Positions 1-10,658 of a stretch of 64,000 nt of DNA are shown piece after piece. The notes beneath the pieces are model-generated. The model had not been told where the DNA came from and made no database searches. It saw only the letters and a list, made by a program, of their open reading frames with translations. The stretch lies in NCBI RefSeq assembly GCF_032062105.1, contig NW_026919344.1, forward strand, positions 1 to 64,000, read 5' to 3'. Origin of the DNA: Saccostrea cucullata (taxonomy: Eukaryota). Position numbers and translations under genes: made by a program. The stretch's first letter is position 1. Each line of letters begins with the position of its first letter.

Positions 1-767
1 TATAATTTGTAACTTCATCCTGATCTGTGACGTTCGACGCGACCTTTTTATCGAATATTTAAATTCACAACTAATCAGAATGCATCCTATGTATCACATG
101 ATGTTTCAGCTATCCATATATGAAATTTCTTCTGCATTTCCGCTTTCCTTATTTAATGCAAGGAGACAAGTTATGGGTTGCTGTATTTAGTTTTGATTAA
201 TCGGTCACAGGATTCCACGTTCTTGAAAATGTTTCTCTAGAAATCTTTTTGCATTAATTCATCAGCAAGTCGGAAGCAAGAAATAGTTTGAATGATAAGT
301 TTTTGAGTTTCATAGGAAATCATCAGTCGCAATTAGCGAGTGCTTCATAAACTATCAAAATCTCATTTCTTTAAAAAATTCTGCAGAATCATATAAATTT
401 GAAGAATATTCTAATTTGAATTAAATATGATTAAAAAAATCTAATAAATAATTTATGCAAAAATATTTTATTTTTAGACTATTGCATTTGATAAAGGAAG
501 GGATTTTAACGTTTTAAAAAGCAATATTCATGAACGCAAAAACTATTTTGATTATTTTTTACGTGGAATGCTACCTCTTATCATTTTATTTTATGCAAAA
601 AGCATATTTTGAGCTTCATTGCCAAACCACAAACATCAGAATATTGCTACTCAATTAGCATTCACGATCCTGAATCAGCGAATAGACATCCTTGTTCCAA
701 GTGTTCAGAACAATTCAGTGCTTGACATACTTCTAAATTATAAACAAGGACCGAGTTAAAAATGTCA

Positions 768-849
768 TGATTGGTAAACTCTACCGTTAACCACAGACCC
801 TCCTGCACGGAAATGTCCGTAATACACACCCTGCAAGTCTCTTATAAAA
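768..849 (+). promoter_or_regulatory. Putative promoter of paralogue 1: inverted CCAAT box and TATA box
   Basis: TGATTGG at 768-774 and TATAAAA at 843-849, with ATG at 921. The same pairing occurs upstream of the other two paralogues. Confidence 0.5.
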
Positions 850-920
850 CATGATGCTAAAACATGGAATGTATACATTGATAACAATTTGTTCCAAAGC
901 GAGCCGAAGTCAAAACAACT

Positions 921-2096
921 ATGGCTTCACATTGCAAAAACAAGTTTTTCCTAACAATTCTCACTGTGGCTAGTTTGACATGGACAGTGACGTCAATGCA
1001 ACGAATAAGGAGCTGTTATAGCCCCGTAAAAGGTTACATTTTTTGTTCATTTACCATACATGATCAGTGGAACTTTGTGTACTTTAGATCGTGGCTGGAT
1101 TCCTTAAAAAGTCCGGTAAAGCATGTTGAGCTGAACCTCCAATGCCTTGGTAGCGGCTCCGTTTACCTTCCGTGGCCTATGAGAGCTCGTGGTCTTAAAA
1201 AGTTTCATATGAAGAATTGTAACATTAAAGGATACTTTTCCGAATATAATAAAGACCCAATATATCCGGATACCCTTACTGATATTTCAATGATTGACTG
1301 CACCATAGAAACTGATGTTAATTCAAACATTCAAAGGACTCTGCTTACCCGGGTATCAAAATCCTACAACTGTGGCCAGCAGACGGTCAGGAGTCACGTG
1401 ATGAGGAATATTTCGTTTTCCTTTCTACCTACCTCGTCCCCTCCTCCCCTTAAAGATCTAGACAGAGCGTTCTCAGCTATGCGTCGACAGTCGAGGAATC
1501 GTGAAAATGCTTGTAATTACCACAGCTTATTCCATATGGAAGAATCACAGAGTGACAGTGTTTCTTCCATTCATTTTGACGTTATGACAGATATTTCAGA
1601 TTATCCAAACCTGAAGACATTCAATTTTTCTTCAAATCTTTTGACTCATTTGCCGAGGCACCTTAAGCAATGGCACAAACATTTTCCAGCCTTAGAAATT
1701 CTCGATTTGTCAAAAAACCTTCTTCGAAATTTTGCTTTCGAGAAGCCAGGTGTATCTGGGCGTCGAAAAATAATTTTTGTAAATCTACAGCATAACAGAA
1801 TAACTGATGTACCTAGAAATATAGCTTCTTACATCGATGGACAAGTTCCTGTGATTATTGATTTAAGAAATAATCCGATAAAATGTACTTACAATACGTT
1901 TGAACTTGTGAAATATCTCAACAAAATGAAAGAAATGTTCCCCGTTTTAAGTTTTATGGCAGACATCAAGTGCACATTATCCACTATATCAAAGAAATCA
2001 AAACCACTGCAAAATCGCAATGATAAAGTATCCGAAAATGAAAATTCCAGTAGATCAAAATTTCTCCAACTGTTTAATTTGTTTGGTTTTAAGTGA
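921..2096 (+). CDS. Secreted Toll-ectodomain-like leucine-rich-repeat protein, paralogue 1 (single exon, no TM/TIR)
   Basis: 391-aa ORF with a hydrophobic N-terminus. LRR motifs LKTFNFSSNLL, LEILDLSKNLL, VNLQHNRI and IDLRNNPIKC. Shares the Cys-rich N-terminal block (FRxWL, PWPMRAR, KNCxI, YPD, CGQ, CNY) with the ORFs at 29.2 and 45.9 kb. Confidence 0.85.
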   Translation: MASHCKNKFFLTILTVASLTWTVTSMQRIRSCYSPVKGYIFCSFTIHDQWNFVYFRSWLDSLKSPVKHVELNLQCLGSGSVYLPWPMRARGLKKFHMKNCNIKGYFSEYNKDPIYPDTLTDISMIDCTIETDVNSNIQRTLLTRVSKSYNCGQQTVRSHVMRNISFSFLPTSSPPPLKDLDRAFSAMRRQSRNRENACNYHSLFHMEESQSDSVSSIHFDVMTDISDYPNLKTFNFSSNLLTHLPRHLKQWHKHFPALEILDLSKNLLRNFAFEKPGVSGRRKIIFVNLQHNRITDVPRNIASYIDGQVPVIIDLRNNPIKCTYNTFELVKYLNKMKEMFPVLSFMADIKCTLSTISKKSKPLQNRNDKVSENENSSRSKFLQLFNLFGFK

Positions 2097-2775
2097 AAAA
2101 AATAGTATTCTGATGACAGATTTAAAATTTGCAGCACCTGTAGTGGTAACATATGTCATAATATAACTTATTTTTTTTTTTTTATTTAAATGAATTCTAT
2201 TTGTTGACTATTGTGTGTATACGAGGTGAGGTTTTTAAAATCCATTTAGACCTTCTGTCTTAATTTTTTTTTCTTTTTGAATTCATTGATTTACATCGAA
2301 GTTCTGTGAAATTGCTAAAAAATAATTTACCGTATGTTGTTTGCGTGTAACTTGCTGAACAAATGTACCTTAATTTTCAAGCAATATGAGCTGCATGTTT
2401 GACATCGGAAAATTTTATTGCGAATTTGTAATTACCGAATTTAATGACAGAAAAATAAATCATTTATAAACTTCTGTTGTTCATATTTGAGATGGAATTT
2501 TTTTTGTTAGCTTTGATTGAAGCAAAATTGAATCATTGTCGTCTTGTACAATAATGATTTCTTATATAAAACTGTATATTTGGTTGTACAGAAATATTTC
2601 TTCTGAAACATTTTTAAACTTTCTTTTGGGCTTATTGGTCAAAAGGGTTTAAATTACATACAAATTAATCATAATAGCACATTTTACCAGCAAAATAAAA
2701 TTCTCAAAGATACAGCTCATATTGCTTTAAGTTACTGGTATTTTCTACCATAGCAAAATAACGAAGTAAATGCAC

Positions 2776-5130
2776 TTACAATCTGATTTAAAGAATCATT
2801 TTTCGACAATAGAATGACAATATATTTATATAAATAATATTAGATTATTTTAGTTGGTAATGGTATAATAGTATTACCAGAATTTTATGTAAACATAGAT
2901 TTACAGATAATTTTCTTGACATATGATTTTTCATTTGTCAGGAAATTGAAAAAAAAAATCGGTTTTGAGTTGTGGCACACACTAAATCAAGAGGAAGGCC
3001 TCCTTGTTACTTGTAGTGAAATTGTTTCTAGATGTATTTTTATGTTTGTTTGTTCTTTTATTTATTTGTGAGAAGAACAATAAGAAATAAAAATCATTAA
3101 CTTCAACAAATTGTTTGTTGAATTTTTTGAATGACATTCATCATTCATTAAAAGCACTGTTAATTGTTTTCTGTTTTTCCTTGTATCAATATCGACTTGG
3201 AATTTAGGTTGGAACATGAATATATTGTCTTCTTTTAAAAAATCTGCTTGTATCGAATATCTACTGGCGATTTTTTAAATCACTTGATAATGGAATTTTA
3301 TGAATTTCATTGGCAAAACAAACTTAAAAACCATTTATTAGAAATTAAAGTTATGATTATAACGTGGCAATAATTATATCATACTAGTAATCATTTCGGT
3401 TTATCCATTTCCTTTTCATCCTTAATTTGTTGTATTAAGTTAGTTAAACGAGTTTTAAGTTGGATCCAGCTATGTTTGAAAGAATTTAATGAAGTTTAGG
3501 TACCCAGTCTGGCGTTTCAATATCAAGTTTTTAGGCTATGGATATTAAAAATTTAAAGTTGGCAAAAGAAATTACAGAATTTCATCCTTAGGAATTCTCA
3601 TGTTCTTAACTTTGAATTTACTGAATGGGAAAAATATTGCAATGTTTTAAAATTCCGTTTTGACTCCCGCCTAGTAAATTTAAAATTTAGTACACGAAAG
3701 AAGAGAAACTAGGAGCATAATTTGGATTACCATTTACAAAATTAATCTCAGTTCCTCTAAAACGCATTAACAGTACAAGTTAAAACACACGAGGCAGTAA
3801 ATCTGCATTTTTAATTTGCAACTGTAATCTGCATTTTCAGCTGGGATCGGTATATATCATCTTGCTTTCTACTTCATCCTTTTTTCACATCTGAATTAGT
3901 GAAAACAGAAGGATATATCGTCTTTATATTGCTTCTTGTTTTACACAAGATGTCAACATGCATTTTATATTTTAATCATAAGTGATAATGTTTCAATATT
4001 AGAAATATTCTCTTACAATCCGATTTAAAGAATCATTTTTCAACTATAGAATGATTATATATTTACATAAAAAATATTAAGTGTTTTTAGTTGGTAATGA
4101 TATAATTGTTTTACCTTGTGTGTAAACATGTATTTACAGATAATTTTCTTGACATATGAATATTTTTTTGTCAGGAAATTGAAAAAAAATCGGTTTTGCG
4201 TTGTGTCACACGCTAATCAAAAGGAAGGCCTCCTTGTTATTTGTAGTGAAATTGTTTCTAAATGTATTTTTATGTTTTTTTTTTATTTATTTATTTGTGA
4301 ACAATGTCACTTCACGACTCATCATTCATTAAAAGCACTGTTAATTGTCTTTTTTTAAGGCCTCCCTGAAAATTATTTGTAGTTATGAAAATTGTCTCTA
4401 AATTCTCAAATTAAAATGTATTTCCCCACGGTGTTTCTTTTTCATCTTTAAATTTAATCATTTATATAGGGAAAATTTAAATCTCGAATAATTTTTCAGG
4501 AAATGCGATTTGAACTACCTACTGCATATTTTTTAATTGATAATTGATCAAGAAATACATTTTAGGAATAAAAATCATAGGTATCCAGGCTTTTAAAGAA
4601 AAAAATTTTACAATTTTTCAACTACTTCCATTGTTTCATTTGTATGAAGTGTTTTTTGAAAACACTGTAAATCACTTCTAATTTCAAATCATGCATTAAA
4701 AGCACTGCAAGTTTTACTTCATTTTATGAGGTACTCAACTTTTTTAACATTTGTATTGATTTTTGAAAAATTTTTTTCCTTATTTTAATACTTTTTGAAT
4801 TAAATTATAAATTAAAGAGTTATCCTTCCTGGCTGTGGATCGTATATCCTTAAAATAGATTTTAAAAATTTTTTTCCCCTTGTTTCAATATCGACTTGTA
4901 ATTCAGGTTGAACATGAATATATTGACTTCTTTTAAATTACCTGCGATTTTTAAAATCGCTTGATAATGGAATGGAATGTTATGAATTTCATTGGCAAAA
5001 CAAAGTCAAGAAAACTATTATTTAGAAATTAAAGTTATGATAATAATGTGTCAGTAATTGAATCATATTGCGTATTTATTTCGGCTTATCAATTTCCTTT
5101 TCATCATTAATTTGTTGTTTTAAATTGGTT
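2776..5130. repeat. Local duplication of about 0.67 kb, second copy interrupted by an insertion of about 0.5 kb
   Basis: ~2776-3175 matches ~4013-4350 and ~3176-3445 matches ~4876-5130. The interrupting segment ~4359-4849 is bounded by TTAA|GG and CC|TTAA. Confidence 0.75.
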
Positions 5131-5319
5131 AAATGAATTCTATTTTTTAGAAAAATCTTTTCAAACATCCAAAGTAAATCAATAAAAATATCTAAAATGA
5201 CAATATTACATGATGCTCTGAACAAATTATTATGAGCTAAGATATTAATCGCCACATTCTGAAAAAAAGGAGACATCCAATAATTGACCTGTGGCGGTAC
5301 ACATTGAATTATCTTCATT

Positions 5320-5510
5320 TAGAATTCGCGCTCGCTCCATGATCGGGAGGGCGTGAGCTCGAATCTCAGCAGCAACTAGCCTAACTCAAGAAAAGTAGCA
5401 ACTGTTCCTTGGCCATGCGCTTGGCACTTTGAAGTGGAAGTTGCGGGTCTTTTGGATGAGACCTTAGGGGAGACCCCATGCTACGACAGGCGTTGGTACG
5501 ATAAAGATCG
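5320..5510 (+). mobile_element. Degenerate tRNA-head SINE (Meta/Deu-domain type), 3'-truncated
   Basis: B-box-like GAGCTCGAATCTC, then ACTGTTCCTTGGCC, TTGGATGAGACC and GGCGTTGGTACGATAAAGATC. Colinear with the SINE at 20.2-20.5 kb. Confidence 0.7.
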
Positions 5511-5511
5511 C

Positions 5512-6050
5512 TTGACATAAAAGATACCACAGACTCCGACACATCTGTTTCATATTTGGATATTTTACTCGAAAAGACTTTAATGGTAATCTAACAAACA
5601 AGTCCTATGATAAACGTGATGACTTTAACTTTTCAATAGTCAACTTTCCATATTTATGCAGCAATAAACCTTCATCACCTGCATACGGAGTTTATATCTC
5701 TCGATTGATTCGATACTCAAGAGCATGCTCTTTGTATGTACAATTTCTAAAACGAGGTAAATTATTGACAAACAAGTTGAGGAAACAGCAATATCAGTCG
5801 TCTCAATTAAAGTCATCATTTCGTAAGTTCTTTGTTCGATACAATGACCTTGCCAACAAATACAATTCATCATTGAGTCAAATGCTGATTGAAGTTTTTC
5901 ATACTAATTTTTAGTCCATTATATACTGAATTGACGACGGCGGGTGTGACCGATCTGCAGGGGTGCTCACTCCTCAATGGAACCTAATCCGACCTCTGAT
6001 GTTTCAGAGGTCGTGTTTGCTGTGCTCCTATTTTGTATACCTTAGGAATG
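5512..6050 (+). mobile_element. Penelope-like retroelement 3' fragment (RT C-terminus plus conserved tail)
   Basis: Translates across frameshifts to KDTTDSDTSVSYLD...YDKRDDFNFSIVNFPYL...PAYGVYISRLIRYSRAC...KSSFRKF. Followed by the recurrent tail GGCGGGTGTGACC...CCTCTGATG. Confidence 0.75.
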
Positions 6051-6998
6051 AACATTGCATGGATATTGACGTTTCACTGTCATTGAAGGAAGTAATTCTT
6101 TGACCAATCATATAAATTAATCAAATGCAAATTCTTTTCCGAAATTTCATTTGTCCTAAAATGAAAAACTTTGATTCAAATTTTGCAGTGATTTGATTGC
6201 ATGATTTATCTTGTAAATTAGTTTGATGTATCTTGTAACATATTATTATGCATAACATACACTCTTTGAAGTACTGAATTCATTAATATTTCTTGACACG
6301 ATGATTGGACAAAAACATTTGAAGAAATTTGATTTTAACACTTGGACGATGTCAAAAGAATGATAAAGAAAATTATCAAACATTTACAACAATAATTTCT
6401 GTCAATATCTTACGATTTCCGCAAATGGTTTCTTTTGTTTTATACATTAAACTATAAGTATTTGTGATAAAATACTGTTATTTATTGACAAGGAAAGCCT
6501 GAGTTGAAAAGAATTTGTTTTACAAGAATAAAAGTAAGTCAAAGAAAAAATAAATTGTCGAAATTTTTTTTTATATTACTCACCTCTTACCTTCACGTTT
6601 TACCATAATCATAAAGAAAATTTTTAAAATAAGTATGTCAATGCTATTTACAAGATTACGAGAATTTTTTTGCTTGAATTCAAAAGAAATCATTTCAAAC
6701 CACAGTTTATAACCCCTAACCACCTTTATTATACTTTTACCTTTGTTTTGACATTTATGAAGAATAATCGAAATTTATCATTTTCTAATATTTAGATCGA
6801 GTGCAAAAAAGGTAAATTCTACCAAATAGATGCTAATATCCATTTGAAATAAAAAACCTGTTTATTATGGTTACTCAGATGTCGACTTTGAGATTGAAAC
6901 AAACAAAAGAAAAATACGTATTCTCATTACTTTTAAATGTTTATGCTAGTATTTGACTTTCATTAAAACTGGTTTTGAAGGCCAAGAGTTGATAGAGC

Positions 6999-8219
6999 TG
7001 TAGCGGGCTAGCGCTCTATGCCCGCTGCCCTGGGTATGGCTACTCCCAAATAAGTATGACGGTAAATTAGAGGGGAGGGAATGGCCGGCCTCCACCCCTT
7101 TTAGACACCAAGGCAGTCATTAAAAAGATATAAAAATGTACTCCAGCAAAATAAGAATAGATAAGAGAAAGAGTTAAATAACTTGAGATGATGGTGTATT
7201 CAGAGATAGAACTAATTAACCAAGACAACAAAAATTAATCAATAATCGAAAATCACTATAAAATAATTGGCTGCAGTCGTCTGTACAAAAATACTCTAAT
7301 CAAAAATAATTAACTTTCCCCAATTAATTAAATTCCAAAAAATATGCAGATCAAGTACTAAAATTTTATCAGATAATTCCTATTCAGTGAATAATTAATT
7401 TGTCTAAGTCTAAAATTTCCAATAAAAATCTAGAGAAAATAGACCTACATCTTCCTAAGAAAGAGAAAATGGCTGGAGTCCCCGTTGAACAACGGAACTC
7501 TCCTTATATACTAACAGGAAACGGATTCCGTTCCAAACTAACGTAATCTGATGAAAACTAACGGAATATCCGTTCAAAGAAAACGGAGAAACTTAACAGA
7601 AAATAGTTCCAAGACATAAAAACTATTATTTCTGAACACAATATTAAAAGACAATATAAGTTTAATTCATTCACAATAATAAAAATAAATTATTTACCTT
7701 GGAAACGTAATAACTAAATATTCAGCGTGTCAAGTCGGCGAAATAATTGGCCCGGCGGATCCAATAAAATACGCCGGAAGTATACCACAATGCATAGCGA
7801 AGACAAAAAAAATGTAAACAAGACGACTGGTAAGACAACTTCAGTTTGCAGCCAAATAAACACATTTACAATCGTAATACAGGTAACATATTAAATTACA
7901 TGTAATTTAGATAATGATTGTTCAATATATATAACAAGAAAAGAACCCTTTATAAGTGATTTACAGTACATAACATCATGTATCAATATGCATGTCAACG
8001 TAAAAATAGGCCAACACGTGTTTACATCTTAATATCAACTGGAATACTTTTTTTTTTGAATACAATATCATACGGAAATATGAATAGTTCCGACGGTATT
8101 TATAAAAGATACAACCATTATCTTCATTTCTTATTTAAATATATATAGATAATACTTAAAAATGCTCAAACACTCTCGTAGTTACAATTAGGGGTCGTAT
8201 CAAAAATCAAAACATTACA
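6999..8219 (-). repeat. 3' LTR
   Basis: Direct repeat of 16674-17896; abuts the PPT. Confidence 0.95.
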
Positions 8220-8232
8220 CTTCCCCCCACTT
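8220..8232 (-). promoter_or_regulatory. Polypurine tract (PPT)
   Basis: Minus strand reads AAGTGGGGGGAAG immediately before the TGTAAT start of the 3' LTR. Confidence 0.9.
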
Positions 8233-8601
8233 AAAGTTTCATGTCCCCATGAAACACAAAAATATAAAAAAAATTCAATAACAACAAACTTTTATAACAA
8301 GTTATAACGTATAATACATACCGCAATCAGTGAACTCACTGCATATAATGAATACATCATTCACCCTACTCACAACTTTCAATAAGTACAATTAAAAATA
8401 AAATTTATGAACATCTTTCAAAATATGGCACATAATTTGTAAAAGTTAAAAACCACCCACCAACCCATCTAAACTGTCAAATTAATCCCGGTTAAATCCA
8501 AATGTACATAATCAATTAACACACTAAATAATCTAAGATTAACAATAAAAATAAACATCCATATTACATTCTGATAATTAATATCCTATCAACTAAATTG
8601 T

Positions 8602-9981
8602 TCACTTTCTAAATCTCTTCACGGGCCCGTAATTTTGAAAAGTGGCTGGTCTGCGGTAATTCCTAATGGGTGATCTCATGATTCTTCTTGGAGGTGCTTC
8701 ATCTCTTAAGTTTCGGTCAGGCGTTCTCTGTCTTCTTGGGGGTACATCATCTCTTAAGTTTCGATTATCCCTAAGGCTTCTCAAGATGTCTGTTTGTACT
8801 TGTAATTCATGATGGATATTTCGCAAAGAATTCTGCAGATGGAACATATGGTTGAGCACTTCGAACATCACCCTTGTTGGTGACATGTCCCTCCTTTCTT
8901 CTGGTCGGGTCTCATCCCTGATTTGGCTCCTCCTTTGTTCTCCGGGCTCATCTCGATTTCGATTCCTCCCCGGTTCTACCTTCTCTTGATCAGGCTCTTC
9001 TTGGTTTCGGTTCCTTCTCCGTTCTATCCCCTCTTGATCAGGCTCTTGTTGACTTTGATTCCTTCTCGTTTCTACCTTCCCTTGATCAGGCTCTTGTTGA
9101 CTTTGATTCCTTCTCGTTTCTACCTTCCCTTGATCAGGCTCTTGTTGACTTTGATTCCTTCTCGTTTCTACCTTCCCTTGATCAGGCTCTTGTTGACTTT
9201 GAGTCCTTCTCGTTTCTACCTTCCCTTGATCAGGCTTCTTTTGAACAGGGGTTTCCACTTCTCTGGTTGTAGTAGAGAACGTAACTGCCTCCTCGATCTC
9301 CTCCTGTGGAGTATACGCAGGAGTCGAAATACTAGCCGATTCTTGATCCTCCGTCAAGAAATTGAAAAGCACATCGTCCGGATCTTGAAGATCCAGCAGA
9401 TCCGGGAACGGCGGGGCCATGATGGTGTGACTTGTCAGAGGGCTGGGAACAGACACCACTGCTGTGGCGGCCACCGGTGAAGGACGAGGGGGAGGAGGAC
9501 AGCTGGAGGTAGATAACAGTTGAGGGGCAGGTACTACTTCCGAGGGAGGACAGCTGGAGGAAGAGGGCGTAGATGGGTGGCTTGGGAGGTCGGATCCTGT
9601 CTTTTGTATCCTTCCCATCCAGATCCTCCTGGACTCCTCCCTGCTTAATTTCTCGAAGTGAATATCTTCAGTCGCCACGATCCCCTCCTTGTTCCTGTTT
9701 AGGTAGAATTCCTCCGCCTCTGGAAGCTTCCCTTGTCTCAGCAGGCCTTCCCTAGCCTCTTTGTGTTTGGCGTAGTTCTTGATGTGTTCTTTAAGCTTTG
9801 TTTCTTCGTCCGTCTGGAAATGACAAAGGCTACAATAATACGGGATGGAATCCAGTGGAATGTGGTATTTGTAAATGTGGCCAATTACATATCGCTTCTC
9901 CCCAACCTGCTTATCACACAGTAGGCATCTATACGCCCTACCCCGCTTCAGTATTTCTTTAGAGACCTGTAGGTCAGCCAT
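8602..9981 (-). CDS. Retrotransposon accessory ORF3: two C2H2-type zinc fingers, Pro/Ser-rich and acidic region, 16-aa repeats, coiled-coil-like segment, Arg-rich tail
   Basis: Uninterrupted ORF with first ATG at 9981. Motifs CLLC-x12-H-x4-H and CSLC-x12-H-x6-H; C-terminal PVKRFRK. Same strand as gag-pol, located between IN and the PPT. Confidence 0.85.
   Translation of the reverse strand: MADLQVSKEILKRGRAYRCLLCDKQVGEKRYVIGHIYKYHIPLDSIPYYCSLCHFQTDEETKLKEHIKNYAKHKEAREGLLRQGKLPEAEEFYLNRNKEGIVATEDIHFEKLSREESRRIWMGRIQKTGSDLPSHPSTPSSSSCPPSEVVPAPQLLSTSSCPPPPRPSPVAATAVVSVPSPLTSHTIMAPPFPDLLDLQDPDDVLFNFLTEDQESASISTPAYTPQEEIEEAVTFSTTTREVETPVQKKPDQGKVETRRTQSQQEPDQGKVETRRNQSQQEPDQGKVETRRNQSQQEPDQGKVETRRNQSQQEPDQEGIERRRNRNQEEPDQEKVEPGRNRNRDEPGEQRRSQIRDETRPEERRDMSPTRVMFEVLNHMFHLQNSLRNIHHELQVQTDILRSLRDNRNLRDDVPPRRQRTPDRNLRDEAPPRRIMRSPIRNYRRPATFQNYGPVKRFRK
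8940..9240 (-). repeat. 48-bp coding tandem repeat in ORF3 (QQEPDQGKVETRRNQS), six units plus a degenerate flank
   Basis: Anchor TTGATCAGGCT at 8986, 9034, 9082, 9130, 9178 and 9226. Confidence 0.92.
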
Positions 9982-10658
9982 CTGCAAAATAAGGTTTTAC
10001 AATAAAAAAATATCTTGAAGTTTAAATTCAACACATTATCCCCCCTTGTATTCTTTAGTGAAATATCTACGTGACGACTGCAGCTCTTGTACATGCTATG
10101 CATAATGTGTGACGATTCAATATTTCACCTATGATGTATTTGCTTCTTGGATCTTCTAAATATTCTCCTAAAAGACTTCTTTCTGCAAATACCCGTGATT
10201 AGGGAAACTCCAGAATGCGTTTGGCAAGTATTATCATATTAATTAGATATTGACTAGAAGGATAACAATATTTATCTATTTTAATATAAGATGAAGAAAT
10301 CCATAGGAAGAGCCAACAGTACATGATCCGGCAAAGTAACAATCTCCACAGACGTCACAAAGCCCACTCCGACAACATCCAACTCCAGGAACCAGACGAG
10401 AAGTAGTTTAAATATAAAATTTCTTCTTTCCTCTATATTTTACAGATACACCTATTTTACTTTATTTTATTATTATTTTTTTTTAATAAGAAGAACAACG
10501 CCCCTTGGGACTATATAGAATTAAATCTGATCATATTCAGAGACTCTCATACAAAATGATCCACCTGTATTACAACTGGAAGAGAACCACCATTTATTAA
10601 ATTTTATATCCTTGTATTTCGTAGGAAGAATAATTCAGGAGAAAACATCCGTACGTAT

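Noticed and set aside
8940-9240. CRISPR-like array
   Set aside because: The repeats are contiguous with no unique spacers, lie in a coding frame, and the context is eukaryotic.
8923-9480. 185-aa plus-strand ORF with a hydrophobic repeat
   Set aside because: It is the antisense shadow of the ORF3 48-bp repeat, with a non-ATG start and no independent features.
8602-9981. ORF3 as a retroviral envelope gene
   Set aside because: No signal peptide, fusion peptide or TM anchor; the sequence looks nuclear and disordered.
10073-10084. 12-nt inverted match (GACGACTGCAGC) between the IN-ORF3 spacer and the LTR
   Set aside because: Too short to distinguish from chance without family-level conservation.
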